Assembly (NCBI GenBank): GCA_958296175.1
Contig: OY282448.1
Span: 719,899 to 783,898 of the forward strand
From: an uncultured Chloroflexota bacterium
Lineage (GTDB): Bacteria > Chloroflexota > UBA11872
DNA length: 64,000 bases
Direction: 5' to 3'
Below, piece after piece: positions 38,862 to 49,120 of the stretch. The translations under genes were made by a program, and so were the position numbers. The notes beneath the pieces are model-generated. The model was not told where the DNA came from. It made no database searches and worked only from the letters and a program-made list of their open reading frames with translations. The first letter of the stretch is position 1, and every line of letters begins with the position of its first letter.

Positions 38862-40004
38862 CTACTGGTCGACCACTGCGCCGTCGGCACCCAGGCGGGT
38901 TTCGATTTCTCGGGGGGTGTAGGGGGCCTTGGCGGCGGCGTCGGGCTTGAGGCTGACGCCGATGCCGGGGCGGTCGGTCAGGCGGATGTAGCCCTCGCCG
39001 TCGTGGGGGTGGACGCCTTCCACGATGTCGCTCTTGGGGGGCGCGGTTTCGCCCAGGGGCAGTTCTTGCAAGGCGAAGTTGGGGATGGCGGCGGCCACTT
39101 GCAGGCAGGCGGCGGTGCTGACGGGGCTGAGCGGGTTGTGCGGCACCACGCCCACGTGCCGCGCTTCGGCCAGCGCGGCCACTTTCTTGGTTCCCGAAAT
39201 GCCGCCCACCATGCAGACGTCGGGCCGCACATACTGCACGGCGTCGCGGCGCAGGGCCATGTCGAACTCCCACAGCGAGCTGTAGCGCTCGCCGGTGGCG
39301 ATGGGGATGTTGATTTTGGAGGCCACGTAGGCCATTTCGTCCAGGTTGTCGGGCGTGACGGGGTCTTCGAAGAAGTAGGGGTGGTAGCGCTCGATGCCGC
39401 GGCCCAGCTGCACGGCTTCGGCGGGCGTCATGCGGCGGTGAATTTCCACGCAGAGGTCGACCTGCGACCCGGCGGCCTGGCGGTAGCGCCGCACGGCGTC
39501 CACGGCGTCTTCGATCTTGTCGACGTGGGTCTTGACGTAGGGCACGCTGCGCTCTTCGTCCAGGAAGGGCGTCAGATGGCCCACGGCGGTGTAGCCCTCG
39601 GCGCGGGCGTCGCGCACGCCTTGCACCAGCTTGTCGCGCGTGTCGCCGATGACGTGGTAGTAGACGCGGCAGCGGTCGCGCACGCGGCCGCCCAGCAGCT
39701 GGTAGACGGGCGTCTGGAAGTGCTGGCCGGCGATGTCCCACAGGGCAATGTCTATGGCGCTGAGCGCGCCCATGACGGCGGCGCCGCGGAAGTGGCTCCA
39801 GCGGTACATGTATTGCCAGTGGTGCTCGATGCGCAGCGGGTCTTCGCCCACCAGGTAGCGGCCCATCTTGTCCACGGCCGCCGCGGAGGCTTCCAGAAAG
39901 CCCCAGGCCCCGGACTCGCCCAGTCCCACGAGGCCCTTGTCCGTGTGCACCTGCACCAGCAGGTAGCTGTCGAGTAGCAGCGATTCGACGTGAGTAATGC
40001 GCAT
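38862..40004 (-). CDS. mandelate racemase/enolase superfamily, galactonate dehydratase-like
   Basis: SAIDIALWDIAG, EDP, PIATGER, PHNP. Confidence 0.9.
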   Translation of the reverse strand: MRITHVESLLLDSYLLVQVHTDKGLVGLGESGAWGFLEASAAAVDKMGRYLVGEDPLRIEHHWQYMYRWSHFRGAAVMGALSAIDIALWDIAGQHFQTPVYQLLGGRVRDRCRVYYHVIGDTRDKLVQGVRDARAEGYTAVGHLTPFLDEERSVPYVKTHVDKIEDAVDAVRRYRQAAGSQVDLCVEIHRRMTPAEAVQLGRGIERYHPYFFEDPVTPDNLDEMAYVASKINIPIATGERYSSLWEFDMALRRDAVQYVRPDVCMVGGISGTKKVAALAEARHVGVVPHNPLSPVSTAACLQVAAAIPNFALQELPLGETAPPKSDIVEGVHPHDGEGYIRLTDRPGIGVSLKPDAAAKAPYTPREIETRLGADGAVVDQ

Positions 40005-40173
40005 GGCCGCTCCGGCGCGTGGCATGGAACGTGCATCGTACGCCGCGGCGGCGGCGTTGGCAGAACGGAGCGCCCGCCGCCCGCCTGGCGCGGCGCTGGC
40101 ACGGCCGCGCGGCGGGCGGCCGCGCCCTGTGGCAGTCTGGCCCACGGCTCTACGCGCGGACAGAGGCGGCGCC

Positions 40174-41187
40174 ATGCAGGCTCGGATACTGATCAGTCAC
40201 GGGGTTCGAACGATCCAGATGGACACCGTGGCACTGGACGATCCGGGGCCCGGCCAGGTGCTGGTGCGGCATCGTCTCACGGCCATGTCGCCCGGCACGG
40301 AGCGCGCCTCGCTGCTGGCGCTGCCCAACACGCCCGCCAGCGGCTGGCCGCGGCGCGTTGGCTACAGCGCGGTTGGCGAGGTGGCCGCGGCCGGCCAGGG
40401 CGTGGACCTGGCGCCGGGCGCGCGCGTGCTGACGCGCGGCCGCCACGCCTCGGCGGACGTGGTGAACGCGCGGGACGCGTTTCCCGTCGGCGGCGAGGTG
40501 GCGGACGAAGACGCCGCCTTCCACACGCTGCTGCGCATCGCCCTGCAAGGCGTGCGCAAAGCGCGCGTGGAGCTTGGGGAGACCGTGCTCGTCATCGGCG
40601 GCGGGCTGATCGGGCAGCTGGCCGCGCAGTTTGCTTACGCGGCCGGCGCCGGCCGCGTGCTGCTGGCGGAGCTCGACCCCTCGCGGCGCGCCATGGCGGA
40701 CGCAGTGCCGGGGATCGAGTCGCTGGACCCGACCTCGCCCGCCGACCGCGCGCGCCTGGCCGACGGACCCGGCGAGGGGCCGCACGTGGTGATCGAGTCC
40801 ACCGGCTTCCCCGCGCCCATCAACGACGCCTTCATCCTGGCAGGGCGCCTGGCGCGCGTGGTGCTGCTGGGCAGCACGCGCGGCGTGACCGACGAGGTGA
40901 ACTTCTACCGCGACGTGCACAAGAAGGGGCTGACGGTCATCGGCGCGCACGACTCGGTGCGCCTGCGCGGCGGCGGGGACGATCCGCTGACGGAGCTGCT
41001 GCCGCTGCTCTGGCCGCCCGCCCGCGACGCGGCGGCGGCGCTGGCGCTGGCCGCCGCCGGGCGCATCCGGCTGGACCTGCTGGTCACCCACCGCCTGCCG
41101 GGCGCGGAGTACGCAACGGCCTACGACCTGCTGTTCAGCTCGCACCCCTCGCTGGTCGGCTGCCTGTTCGACTGGAGCGACGCCTGA
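40174..41187 (+). CDS. MDR/zinc-binding alcohol dehydrogenase-like protein
   Basis: SPGTE, GYSAVG, IGGGLIG. Confidence 0.88.
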   Translation: MQARILISHGVRTIQMDTVALDDPGPGQVLVRHRLTAMSPGTERASLLALPNTPASGWPRRVGYSAVGEVAAAGQGVDLAPGARVLTRGRHASADVVNARDAFPVGGEVADEDAAFHTLLRIALQGVRKARVELGETVLVIGGGLIGQLAAQFAYAAGAGRVLLAELDPSRRAMADAVPGIESLDPTSPADRARLADGPGEGPHVVIESTGFPAPINDAFILAGRLARVVLLGSTRGVTDEVNFYRDVHKKGLTVIGAHDSVRLRGGGDDPLTELLPLLWPPARDAAAALALAAAGRIRLDLLVTHRLPGAEYATAYDLLFSSHPSLVGCLFDWSDA

Positions 41188-41248
41188 GCCCTGCCGTCAG
41201 CTGCGCACCGGGTCTTTCCCCTCGCCCCGCCGTCGTCCGCCGCGAAAC

Positions 41249-41277
41249 CCGTCGTTCCCGCGCTGGCGGGCATCCAG
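41249..41277 (+). repeat. REP-like palindrome of the GTCATTCCCGC..GCGGGAATCC type
   Basis: CCGTCGTTCCCGCGCTGGCGGGCATCCAG; related copy on the minus strand at about 55785-55812. Confidence 0.5.
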
Positions 41278-41391
41278 CTCTTGCGGCTCCCGGCTTCGGG
41301 GTGGACGAGCGAGGGAACCCGCAGACCGCGCAGGGGCGGCCGCGCGGCGGCGGCGGCGGGCGGCGCTGCCCGCGGACGGCGCGGCGGCGGC

Positions 41392-41889
41392 TCAGTCGGC
41401 GTCCAGCCGGCGGGCGTAGTGGATTTGGCGCGCCGCTTCCTGGAAGCCGAGGCGCGGATACAGCGATTGGCCCTGGGCGTTCTGTTCCAGCGTTTCGATC
41501 TTGGCCACGCGCATGCCGCGGGCGCGCAGGTGGTCGAGCGCGCGCCGGATGAGCCGCGCGCCGATCCCGCGGCGGCGCAGGCGCGCGTCCACGGCCATGT
41601 TCGGAATCTGCCCGACGCCGGTGGCGGGCGTGGGGCGCGTGGTGATATAGCCAACCACGCCGCCGTCCATGACGGCCACGAAGTGATCGCCCGGCGACGC
41701 CTCCAGCTCGGCGCGCACGCCGGCCCACTTGCGCGCCTTCCAATCCGGCGCCCCCTCCAGCCGCAGCAGCCGCTCCATGTTCTGGTCGATGCTCACACCG
41801 TCGAACCCCTCGAGCGTGAGCTCGCGGATACGCTCCACGTCCCCAGGCCGATACCCGCGGATCGTGACCTGCGGAGGCGCTGGCGTCAT
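41392..41889 (-). CDS. GNAT family N-acetyltransferase
   Basis: NMAVDARLRRRGIG, N...SLYPRLGF. Confidence 0.9.
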   Translation of the reverse strand: MTPAPPQVTIRGYRPGDVERIRELTLEGFDGVSIDQNMERLLRLEGAPDWKARKWAGVRAELEASPGDHFVAVMDGGVVGYITTRPTPATGVGQIPNMAVDARLRRRGIGARLIRRALDHLRARGMRVAKIETLEQNAQGQSLYPRLGFQEAARQIHYARRLDAD

Positions 41890-41951
41890 GCTTGTCCGTC
41901 TGGGAACCCGCGGCTTCCCCGGGGCGAGAGGACGCTCCGGTCCGGTCCCGG

Positions 41952-42425
41952 TCAGTCGGTTGAGGTCTCGGCGCCTTGCCAGGGAGGCCAGCTTTCGAAG
42001 GGTTTGGCCGCTCGGCCCGAGTAGGCCAGGGTGAAGAAGCCTTTGGCTTCGTCGCCAACGCCAACGAGAACGCCCTCCGCCCGCCCGCCGGCGCTGATGG
42101 CAATGATGCCGGCGGCGTCGCCCCCGCTGATGGCGATGATGCCCCGCGCCGACCCGGCGCCGATGGCAACGATGCCAATCGCGTTGAAGAGGCTGACGGC
42201 CACGATGCCGACCGCCACGAGCGGGCTCAGCGCGAAGGTCCCGAGCGCGACCGCGTAGCCGAGGGCGTTCTCCGAGGTGGCGACGCCTTCCATGGCCACG
42301 ACGTCGAACACGCCGAGCAGGGAGACGATCAGGCACGCAAGCATGGCGGCCAGCGCGCCAAGCCCGGAGATTCCACGGAAAACGTTGCCGACGGCCGTCT
42401 TCTCTGACATCGTTTTCTCTGACAT
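41952..42425 (-). CDS. hypothetical membrane protein with Gly-rich GIIAI repeats
   Basis: GAGGAG RBS; hydrophobic; repeated G[IV][IV]A[IV][SG] units. Confidence 0.65.
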   Translation of the reverse strand: MSEKTMSEKTAVGNVFRGISGLGALAAMLACLIVSLLGVFDVVAMEGVATSENALGYAVALGTFALSPLVAVGIVAVSLFNAIGIVAIGAGSARGIIAISGGDAAGIIAISAGGRAEGVLVGVGDEAKGFFTLAYSGRAAKPFESWPPWQGAETSTD

Positions 42426-42576
42426 CGTTCGCAACTCCTCTCGGGGGTCTCTGGGGCGCCAGCGTGCGCAATCAGCCGCGGCCCGTCAATGGCGGGGGGG
42501 GCGACGAGGGCGTCGTCCCGCTAACGCGAAGCGCGGCACACGCCGGGGGGTCGAGCGTCGTCCCGCGCGCGTCCCG

Positions 42577-44022
42577 CTAACGCGCGTCGGCTGGCCAGGC
42601 GGCGGCGGTGACGCCGCTGGCCAGGCGCCAGTCGAGCAGCGCGTCCAGCAGCGTGCGGCGTATCGGCGCGGCGGCGGGGTCGGCCCAGAGGTTGTGTTCT
42701 TCGTGCGGGTCGCCGCGCAGATCGAAGAGCTGGCCGTCGGTTTCGCCCAGGAGGTGCACCAGCTTCCAGCGGCGGCTGCGCACCGCGGTCATCAGGTCCA
42801 CGTGCAGGCCGCTGCCGTCGTCGCGGCCTTGTTCGGTGAACACGTATGGGCGCGTCGGGGCGGGGCCGTCCGTCAGGGCGGGGAGCAGCGAGCGCGCTTC
42901 CATGGCGGGCGGCGGCTCGCAGCCGGCCAGGTCCAGGATGGTGGGTCCCAGGTCGAACAGCTGCACCAGCTCGTCCACGCGCCGCCCGGGCGCGGCGCGG
43001 CCGGGCGCCCAGACGATGCAGGGCACGCGCGTAACCGCGTCGTACATGGTCCACTTCTGGATGTGGCCGTGGTCGCCCAGGCAGTCGCCGTGGTCGGAGG
43101 TGAAGATCAGCACGCAGTCGTCGGCGTAGCCGTTGCGTTCCAGCGCGTGCAGCAGCGCGCCGACCTGGGCGTCGATCATGCTGACGTTGGCCAGATAGTG
43201 CGCCCGCTGCCGGCGCCGCCAGGCCATGGGCGGGTCGACGACGTGGACCACGGAGTCGTGGTCCACCGCGGCGTTGTGCTCGCGCATGTCTCGCAGCGCC
43301 TGCGGCTGGCCGTCCAGGTCGCTCTGGAGCACGGGCCGGATGGGCAGCTCGCGGTTCAGGTAAGGCCGCAGCGCCTCTGGCGTTGGGTCGTAGGGCGGGT
43401 GCGGGCCGGGAAAGCCCACCTGCAGGAACAAGGGCTGCGTGCGCGGATAGCTGTCCAGCCACCAGACGGCCATCCGTCCCACGAAGGTGTCGCTGTGCAC
43501 GTCGGGCGGCAGGTCCCAGGTGAACGCGCCCAGGCGCTGGCCATAGTCGGGGCGCCGCCGGTACAGCTCGCGCTGCTGTTTGACCAGCCCGCGCGCGGCC
43601 AGGGCTTTGTCCCATTCGTCGAAGTAGTAGCGGCCCTCCAGGTAGCGGTCTTTGTTTTCCACCACGTAGCGCTGGTGGAACCCGAGCGGGGTCTGGAAGG
43701 GCACGGTGTGCATCTTTCCCACGTTGACGCAGTGGTAGCCCGCCGCGGCGAGGCGCTCCACCCACGAGCGCCGCCAGGCGTGGCCGTTGCGCAGCACGCC
43801 GGTGGTGTGGGGGTATTGGCCGTTGAACAGGCTGGCGCGGGCCGGCACGCAGGAGGCGGCCGTGACGTGGCATTGGTCGAAGCTGACGCCCTCGCGCGCC
43901 AGGCGGTCGAGGTTGGGCGTGTCGACGTGCGGATGCCCAAGCGCGGCGATCGTGTCGTAGCGCTGCTGGTCGGTGACGACCAGCACGATGTTCGGACGCC
44001 GCGCGGCGTCCGGAGGCGGCAT
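42577..44022 (-). CDS. sulfatase (Cys-type, formylglycine-dependent)
   Basis: PNIVLVVTDQQR, CVPAR (CxPxR), GKMH, TSDHG. Confidence 0.93.
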   Translation of the reverse strand: MPPPDAARRPNIVLVVTDQQRYDTIAALGHPHVDTPNLDRLAREGVSFDQCHVTAASCVPARASLFNGQYPHTTGVLRNGHAWRRSWVERLAAAGYHCVNVGKMHTVPFQTPLGFHQRYVVENKDRYLEGRYYFDEWDKALAARGLVKQQRELYRRRPDYGQRLGAFTWDLPPDVHSDTFVGRMAVWWLDSYPRTQPLFLQVGFPGPHPPYDPTPEALRPYLNRELPIRPVLQSDLDGQPQALRDMREHNAAVDHDSVVHVVDPPMAWRRRQRAHYLANVSMIDAQVGALLHALERNGYADDCVLIFTSDHGDCLGDHGHIQKWTMYDAVTRVPCIVWAPGRAAPGRRVDELVQLFDLGPTILDLAGCEPPPAMEARSLLPALTDGPAPTRPYVFTEQGRDDGSGLHVDLMTAVRSRRWKLVHLLGETDGQLFDLRGDPHEEHNLWADPAAAPIRRTLLDALLDWRLASGVTAAAWPADAR

Positions 44023-45206
44023 CAGGCGGCTGGGAGCGGGTGTTCGGCGGCGAACCTGCGCCAGGCGCGGGCGTAGACGGCGGCCGCCTGCACGACTTCG
44101 GCCAGGGGCACGAACTCGTTCGCGCTGTGCGCGTAGGCGATGTCGCCCGGGCCGCACAGCACGCTGGGGATGCCCGCGTTGGCCAGGGTGGCGGCGTCGG
44201 AGCCGTAGGTCACGCCAATGACCCGCGCCTGGCCCAGCACGTCCACCACGGCCTGGCGCAGGGCCTGCACGACCGGCGCGGATTCGGGGGTGTCCAGCAC
44301 TTCGCCAAAGACCACGGGGTCCAGCAGCTCGATGCGCAGGGTGGGGTCGGCGCGCCGCGCGGCTTCGAGCACGTCCAGCAGCTCGGCTTCCACGTCCGCC
44401 TCGGACTCGCCGGGAATCTGGCGCCGCTCGACGATGGCCTCGCAGCGGTCGGGCACCATGTTGAACGACGTGCCGGCGCGGATGATGCCGACCGAGAACG
44501 ACGACTGCCCGGCCAGCGGATGCACGCGCCCGGCCAGCCGCCGCGTGAACTCACGGCGGATGACGCCCAGGGCGTCGGCCATGCGGAAGATCGCGTTGTC
44601 GCCCCGCTCGGGGGTGGAGCTGTGCGTGGCGGCGCCGTGGGTCACCAGCCGCCAGTGGCCGCCGCCGCGGTGCACGCGCACGACTTCCAGGCTGGTGGGT
44701 TCGCCCACGACGGCGGCGTCCACCTGCACGCCCGACTGGGCGAACGCGCGCGCGCCCGCGCTGCCGGTCTCTTCGTCCACGGCGGCCGCCAGCGTGAGCG
44801 GGCCGGGCGGGTCGGGAACCTGCGCCGCCCAGCGCAGCGCCAGCAGCATGGCCGCCAGCGAGCCTTTGGTGTCGCAGGCGCCGCGCCCGTGCAGCCGCCC
44901 CTGGTCGTCGACCCGGGGGGTGTGCCCGTTGGTCATGGGGCCCAGCGCCACCGTGTCCATGTGCGCTTCCAGCAGCAGGTGCGGCCCGGGCGCGTCGAGG
45001 GCGACCGAGCAGATCACGTTCGGTCGGTTGGGAAAGACTTCCTGCCGCGTGACCTGGGCGCCGAAGGAGCGCGCGAAGGCTTCCACCTCGTCGGCCATGG
45101 CCGCCTCGCCGGCGCCGCCTTCCACGCCCGGCGTCACGCTGGGCGTGGCCACCAGACGGCTCAGCAGCTCGGCAGCGTCGCGTTCGGTTGTGATGGGCGC
45201 GGTCAC
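44022..45206 (-). CDS. M20 family metallopeptidase (ArgE/DapE-like)
   Basis: HMDTV, GRGACDTKG, DEE, GEPT, AHSANE. Confidence 0.92.
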   Translation of the reverse strand: MTAPITTERDAAELLSRLVATPSVTPGVEGGAGEAAMADEVEAFARSFGAQVTRQEVFPNRPNVICSVALDAPGPHLLLEAHMDTVALGPMTNGHTPRVDDQGRLHGRGACDTKGSLAAMLLALRWAAQVPDPPGPLTLAAAVDEETGSAGARAFAQSGVQVDAAVVGEPTSLEVVRVHRGGGHWRLVTHGAATHSSTPERGDNAIFRMADALGVIRREFTRRLAGRVHPLAGQSSFSVGIIRAGTSFNMVPDRCEAIVERRQIPGESEADVEAELLDVLEAARRADPTLRIELLDPVVFGEVLDTPESAPVVQALRQAVVDVLGQARVIGVTYGSDAATLANAGIPSVLCGPGDIAYAHSANEFVPLAEVVQAAAVYARAWRRFAAEHPLPAA

Positions 45207-45344
45207 AGCGCCGCTATCTTGGCACCAACCCAGGCATTCCTGCCACCCGCCGCGGCCGCGGAGCACGCCTGACCGGACTCCCACCCCGCCCCACGCCCTT
45301 GCAGGGCGAGCGGAAGAATGTGAGGGAGAGGCTCTGGGGGCGGG

Positions 45345-46442
45345 TCAGGTGAAGCGGCCGCGGGCGGCGATGGGCCAGACGTCGACGACTTCGTCGTCTT
45401 GCAGGGCGTAGACCACGTCGTGCAGGTTGAAGGTGGTGCAGCCGTGCCAGGGGGTGATCTTGACTTTGTCGCCCGGTTGCAGGTCTGGCGCGTTCTCGGC
45501 CAGGGACAGGGTGCCGTGTTCTTCCGAGAGGCTGCGCAGCTGGATGCCGGGCGGGTCGTCCACCACGGCCAGGCCGCCGGGTTCTCTGGAGATCGACTTG
45601 GCGCCCGCGTCCACGACGGCGCGCTCGCGGGTGGGGCGGCTGACCACCGCGGCCAGCACCCAGAAGGCGGATTCGAACACGTGGCCCACGTGTTGGCGAA
45701 ACCAAGCGTCCATGGTGACGTAGGTGCCGCATTGCAGTTCGGTCCAGCCGTCGATGGTGCTGGTGATGTCGAAGGTGTTGGTGCCGCCGCCGGAGACCTC
45801 GCGGATGTCCAGGCCGGCGGCTTCGCAGGCAGCTTTGGTCTGGATGACGGCCGCCAGCGCCGCGCGGGTCTTGGCCTCGCGCTCGGCCCGGTCCACGATG
45901 CCAACCGTGTGGCCCTCGTAGCCCATCAGGCCCACCAGGTCGAGCGCCGGGGCGCGGTGCACGGCCTGCGCCAGCGCCGCGGCCGGCGCGCCGGGCAAAA
46001 CCCCGCAGCGCTGCATGCCGACCTCGACCTCGATCATCACGCCCAGCGTCACGCCCTGCGCGGCGGCGGCGGCGGACAGCGCGCGGACGTTGCGTTCGTC
46101 GTCTACGGCCACGGTCACGCGCGCCTGGCGGGCCAGCGCGCAGAGCCGCGCGAGCTTGGGCGCGCCGACCACCTGGTTGGCGATCAGCACGTCGCGCACG
46201 CCGCCGGCCACCATGGCCTCGGCCTCGCCAACCTTGGCGCAGGTGACGCCGGGCGCGCCGGCCTCGATCTGCATCAGAGCAATCTGCGGCGTCTTGTGCG
46301 TCTTGGCGTGAGGGCGCACGTGCACGGCCGTGCCCTCCAGCGCGCGCTGCATGGTCTGGATGTTGCGCCGCACCAGATCGAGGTCGATGATCGCGGCCGG
46401 GGTGTCGATGTCGGCAAGCGTCTGGGGCTGGGGGCGCGGCAT
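45345..46442 (-). CDS. DSD1/D-threonine aldolase family PLP enzyme (alanine racemase fold)
   Basis: RPHAKTHK, GYEGH, DAGAK, SEEHG, HGCTTFN. Confidence 0.92.
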   Translation of the reverse strand: MPRPQPQTLADIDTPAAIIDLDLVRRNIQTMQRALEGTAVHVRPHAKTHKTPQIALMQIEAGAPGVTCAKVGEAEAMVAGGVRDVLIANQVVGAPKLARLCALARQARVTVAVDDERNVRALSAAAAAQGVTLGVMIEVEVGMQRCGVLPGAPAAALAQAVHRAPALDLVGLMGYEGHTVGIVDRAEREAKTRAALAAVIQTKAACEAAGLDIREVSGGGTNTFDITSTIDGWTELQCGTYVTMDAWFRQHVGHVFESAFWVLAAVVSRPTRERAVVDAGAKSISREPGGLAVVDDPPGIQLRSLSEEHGTLSLAENAPDLQPGDKVKITPWHGCTTFNLHDVVYALQDDEVVDVWPIAARGRFT

Positions 46443-46532
46443 CGGGATCCTTGCTCGAGGGGGACGGGGCGGGCGTGACAGCCTAGCCTTTGTCAGCCGC
46501 CGCCCGGCGGCAATCACAACGGAGCGCGGCTG

Positions 46533-46823
46533 TTGCACGTAGGAGCGCTGGAGCTTGGGTTGACCGTGCACGCCGCCGCCTCGCTGAAGGATCGGCGGCG
46601 CACCGTGGAGTCTCTGAAACGGCGCGTGCGCACCAGGTTCAACGCCGCGGTTGCGGATCTGGACGCCGACCCCGCGCCCGCGCGGGCGGCCATCGGCGTG
46701 GTCTGCGTGTCGAACGACCCGCGCCGGCTGGACGCCCAGCTGCGCGCCATCGTGGAGTTCGTCGAGGCGCTGCACCTGGACCTGGAAGTCACGCACGACC
46801 ATATCGAGATCGTGCAGGTGTGA
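46533..46823 (+). CDS. DUF503 (YlxP-like) protein
   Basis: SLKDRR..V.SLK.R.R.RFN.AVA. Confidence 0.88.
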   Translation: MHVGALELGLTVHAAASLKDRRRTVESLKRRVRTRFNAAVADLDADPAPARAAIGVVCVSNDPRRLDAQLRAIVEFVEALHLDLEVTHDHIEIVQV

Positions 46824-46998
46824 GCGGCGGGCGGCGGACAGCGGCGTTGGCGCTGGCGCGCGGATTGTGCGGGTTTTATTACGCGACGGGCGGCGGCGGA
46901 GCGTTTACAATACGCGCGATTCAGGTGGGAGGTTCGGGGGCGTGACGGCGGCCTTAGTGCCGCGCCGGTTGCGCCGGCGCGGCTTCGGAGGAATGCCG

Positions 46999-47088
46999 TT
47001 GCCGCTTGAAGCGCTCTTGGGAATCGTAGCTTTTGTCGGTCTCTTCATGATGTGGGCCGTTTTGCCGGCCCGCCTTCGGAAGCGATAG
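46999..47088 (+). CDS. putative 29-aa single-TM small protein
   Basis: GGAGG 7 nt before TTG; MPLEALLGIVAFVGLFMMWAVLPARLRKR; TACAAT upstream at about 46905. Confidence 0.6.
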   Translation: MPLEALLGIVAFVGLFMMWAVLPARLRKR

Positions 47089-47226
47089 CCCAGGGTTCTT
47101 CCCCGAAGAAGGCACCGCAATGCTGCGGCCCGGGCACTGATAGCCCACACCTGCTCGATGGCATCGAGCCAGGGATAGCCGCCGCAGCCCCCGAACCCCC
47201 ACTTGGTCGACTCCTGACCCTGGCCG

Positions 47227-47367
47227 GCCGCGGCGGCCGGCGGAACCCTCACCCCGACCCTCTCCCTCGTAGGGAGAGGGGGAATGACGGATGCCGCGGC
47301 GGCCGGCGGAACCCTCACCCCGACCCTCTCCCTTGTAGGGGGAGGGGGGAAGACGGAAGCCGCGGCG
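47227..47367. repeat. BoxC-like repeat, two tandem 66-bp copies
   Basis: GCCGCGGCGGCCGGCGGAACCCTCACCCCGACCCTCTCCCT at 47227 and 47293. Confidence 0.85.
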
Positions 47368-47383
47368 TCCACCACCCATCACC

Positions 47384-47490
47384 GGCTGCGTTGCAGGGCG
47401 GGTGGCGATGGGCCGCGTTGCGGGTGGTGTGGGCAGCGACTGGCCGCGTTGCGGGGCGGGCAGCAGCGGGCCGCGTTGCGGGTGGTGCGA
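47384..47490. repeat. short tandem repeat GGCCGCGTTGCGGG x4 (spacing 27/31/27)
   Basis: Copies at 47384 (degenerate), 47411, 47442, 47469. Confidence 0.65.
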
Positions 47491-47515
47491 GCGGGGGGCG
47501 GGTTCGGGCGGGGAG

Positions 47516-48853
47516 CTAGGCGCCCAGCAGGTTGCGTAGGCCGGCGGGCACGCGGCCGCTGCTCATCATTTGCATGAGCTGGCGCGCTTGCTTGAACTGG
47601 CTGAGCAGCTGGTTGACGTCGTACACGGTCACGCCGCTGCCGCGGGCGATGCGGCGGCGGCGGCTGCCGTTGATGATGTCGGGCTTGCTGCGTTCCTGCG
47701 GGGTCATGGACAGGATGATGGCCTCGGAGCGCCGCAGGCCGTCGCCGTCCAGCGCGGCCTGCACGTCGCGGGTGTTCGCCATGGCGCTCATGCCGGGCAG
47801 CATGCCCATCACCTGGCTGAGCGGGCCGATCTTCTTGACCTGCTCCAGCTGCTCCAGGAAGTCGTCCAACCCGAACGAGGCTTTGCGGAGCTTGGCGTGC
47901 AGCTCCTGCGCGCGCTGCTCGTCCACCACGGCTTCGGCGCGCTCCACCAGGGTAACCACGTCTCCCATGCCCAGAATGCGGGAGGCGGCGCGGTCGGGGT
48001 GGAAGACGTCCAGCGGTTCGATGCGCTCGCCCGCGCCGACGAACTTGACCGGGATGCCGGTCACGGCGCGGATGGACAGGGCGGCGCCGCCGCGCGCGTC
48101 GCCGTCCATCTTGGTGAGGATCAGGCCCGTCAGCGGCGTGCGCGCGTGGAAGGCCTGGGCGACGTTGACGGCTTCCTGCCCGGTGGTGGCGTCGGCCACC
48201 AGCAGGGTTTCCACCGGGTCGACCGCGCGGTGCATCTGCGCGATCTCGTCCATCATGGCCTCGTCCAGCTGCACGCGGCCCGCCGTGTCCACCACCACGT
48301 GCGAATGCGCGTTGCTGACGCCCAACTCGCGGCCGCGCGCGGCAATCTGCACCGGCTGGCCGCCCGTGCCCTGGGCGTGCACGGGCACGTCGATCTGGGC
48401 GCCCAAGGTCTGGAGCTGGTCGACGGCCGCCGGGCGGTAGACGTCGGCGGCAACCAGCAAGGGCCGTCCGCCGCGCTGCTTGAAGGCCAGGGCCAGCTTG
48501 GCGGCCGCGGTGGTCTTGCCCGACCCCTGCAACCCCACCAGCAGAATGACGCTGGGCGGGCGCGGCGCGGCGGCCAGGCGCGCGGCGCCGCCGCCCAGCA
48601 GCTGCACCAGGTTGTCGTGCACGATCTTGACGACCTGCTGGGCCGGGGTGACGCTCTCGGTGACCTCGCGGCCCACGGCGCGTTCGCGCACGGCCGCCAC
48701 GAAGTCGCGCGCCACGCGGAAGTTGACGTCGGCTTCCAGCAGCGCCATGCGCACTTCGCGCACGGCCTCGTCCACGTCGGCCTCGCGCAGCCGTCCGCGG
48801 CGCCCCAGCTTGCCAAAGACGTCCTGCAGCCGTTCGCTCAGACTCTCGAACAT
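47516..48853 (-). CDS. ffh: signal recognition particle protein
   Basis: MFESLSERL, GLQGSGKTT, DTAGR, TKMDGDARGG, Met-rich M domain. Confidence 0.97.
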   Translation of the reverse strand: MFESLSERLQDVFGKLGRRGRLREADVDEAVREVRMALLEADVNFRVARDFVAAVRERAVGREVTESVTPAQQVVKIVHDNLVQLLGGGAARLAAAPRPPSVILLVGLQGSGKTTAAAKLALAFKQRGGRPLLVAADVYRPAAVDQLQTLGAQIDVPVHAQGTGGQPVQIAARGRELGVSNAHSHVVVDTAGRVQLDEAMMDEIAQMHRAVDPVETLLVADATTGQEAVNVAQAFHARTPLTGLILTKMDGDARGGAALSIRAVTGIPVKFVGAGERIEPLDVFHPDRAASRILGMGDVVTLVERAEAVVDEQRAQELHAKLRKASFGLDDFLEQLEQVKKIGPLSQVMGMLPGMSAMANTRDVQAALDGDGLRRSEAIILSMTPQERSKPDIINGSRRRRIARGSGVTVYDVNQLLSQFKQARQLMQMMSSGRVPAGLRNLLGA

Positions 48854-49120
48854 GTTGCGCTCGTCCGCACGGTCACCCGTGACGTGCACGCAATTCTACG
48901 CGGCGCGCGGGTCGAGCGGCCGCGCGGGCGGGGCGTCCTGCGCCGCCGGCGCAGGCCATGTCACGAACCCGTCGGCGCGCGCACGCGCGCCGACGCGCCT
49001 GTCAGACGGCAACGTGTCCTTGTCGACAGGCGAACGGTGGCAGACAATGGGGACCGGGCGACGGGCTGCATGGAGCGGCGGCGCCCGGCACCCCCCGACC
49101 ACATTCCGAGGAGGCTTCGC

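Noticed and set aside
47384..47490. GGCCGCGTTGCGGG repeats as a CRISPR or iteron array
   Set aside because: Too short, intervening segments resemble each other, and no rep or cas gene nearby
47570..49120. Apparent 517-aa N-terminal extension on GroEL (1073-aa ORF)
   Set aside because: Antisense to ffh; the real start is GTG 49121 with a GGAGG RBS
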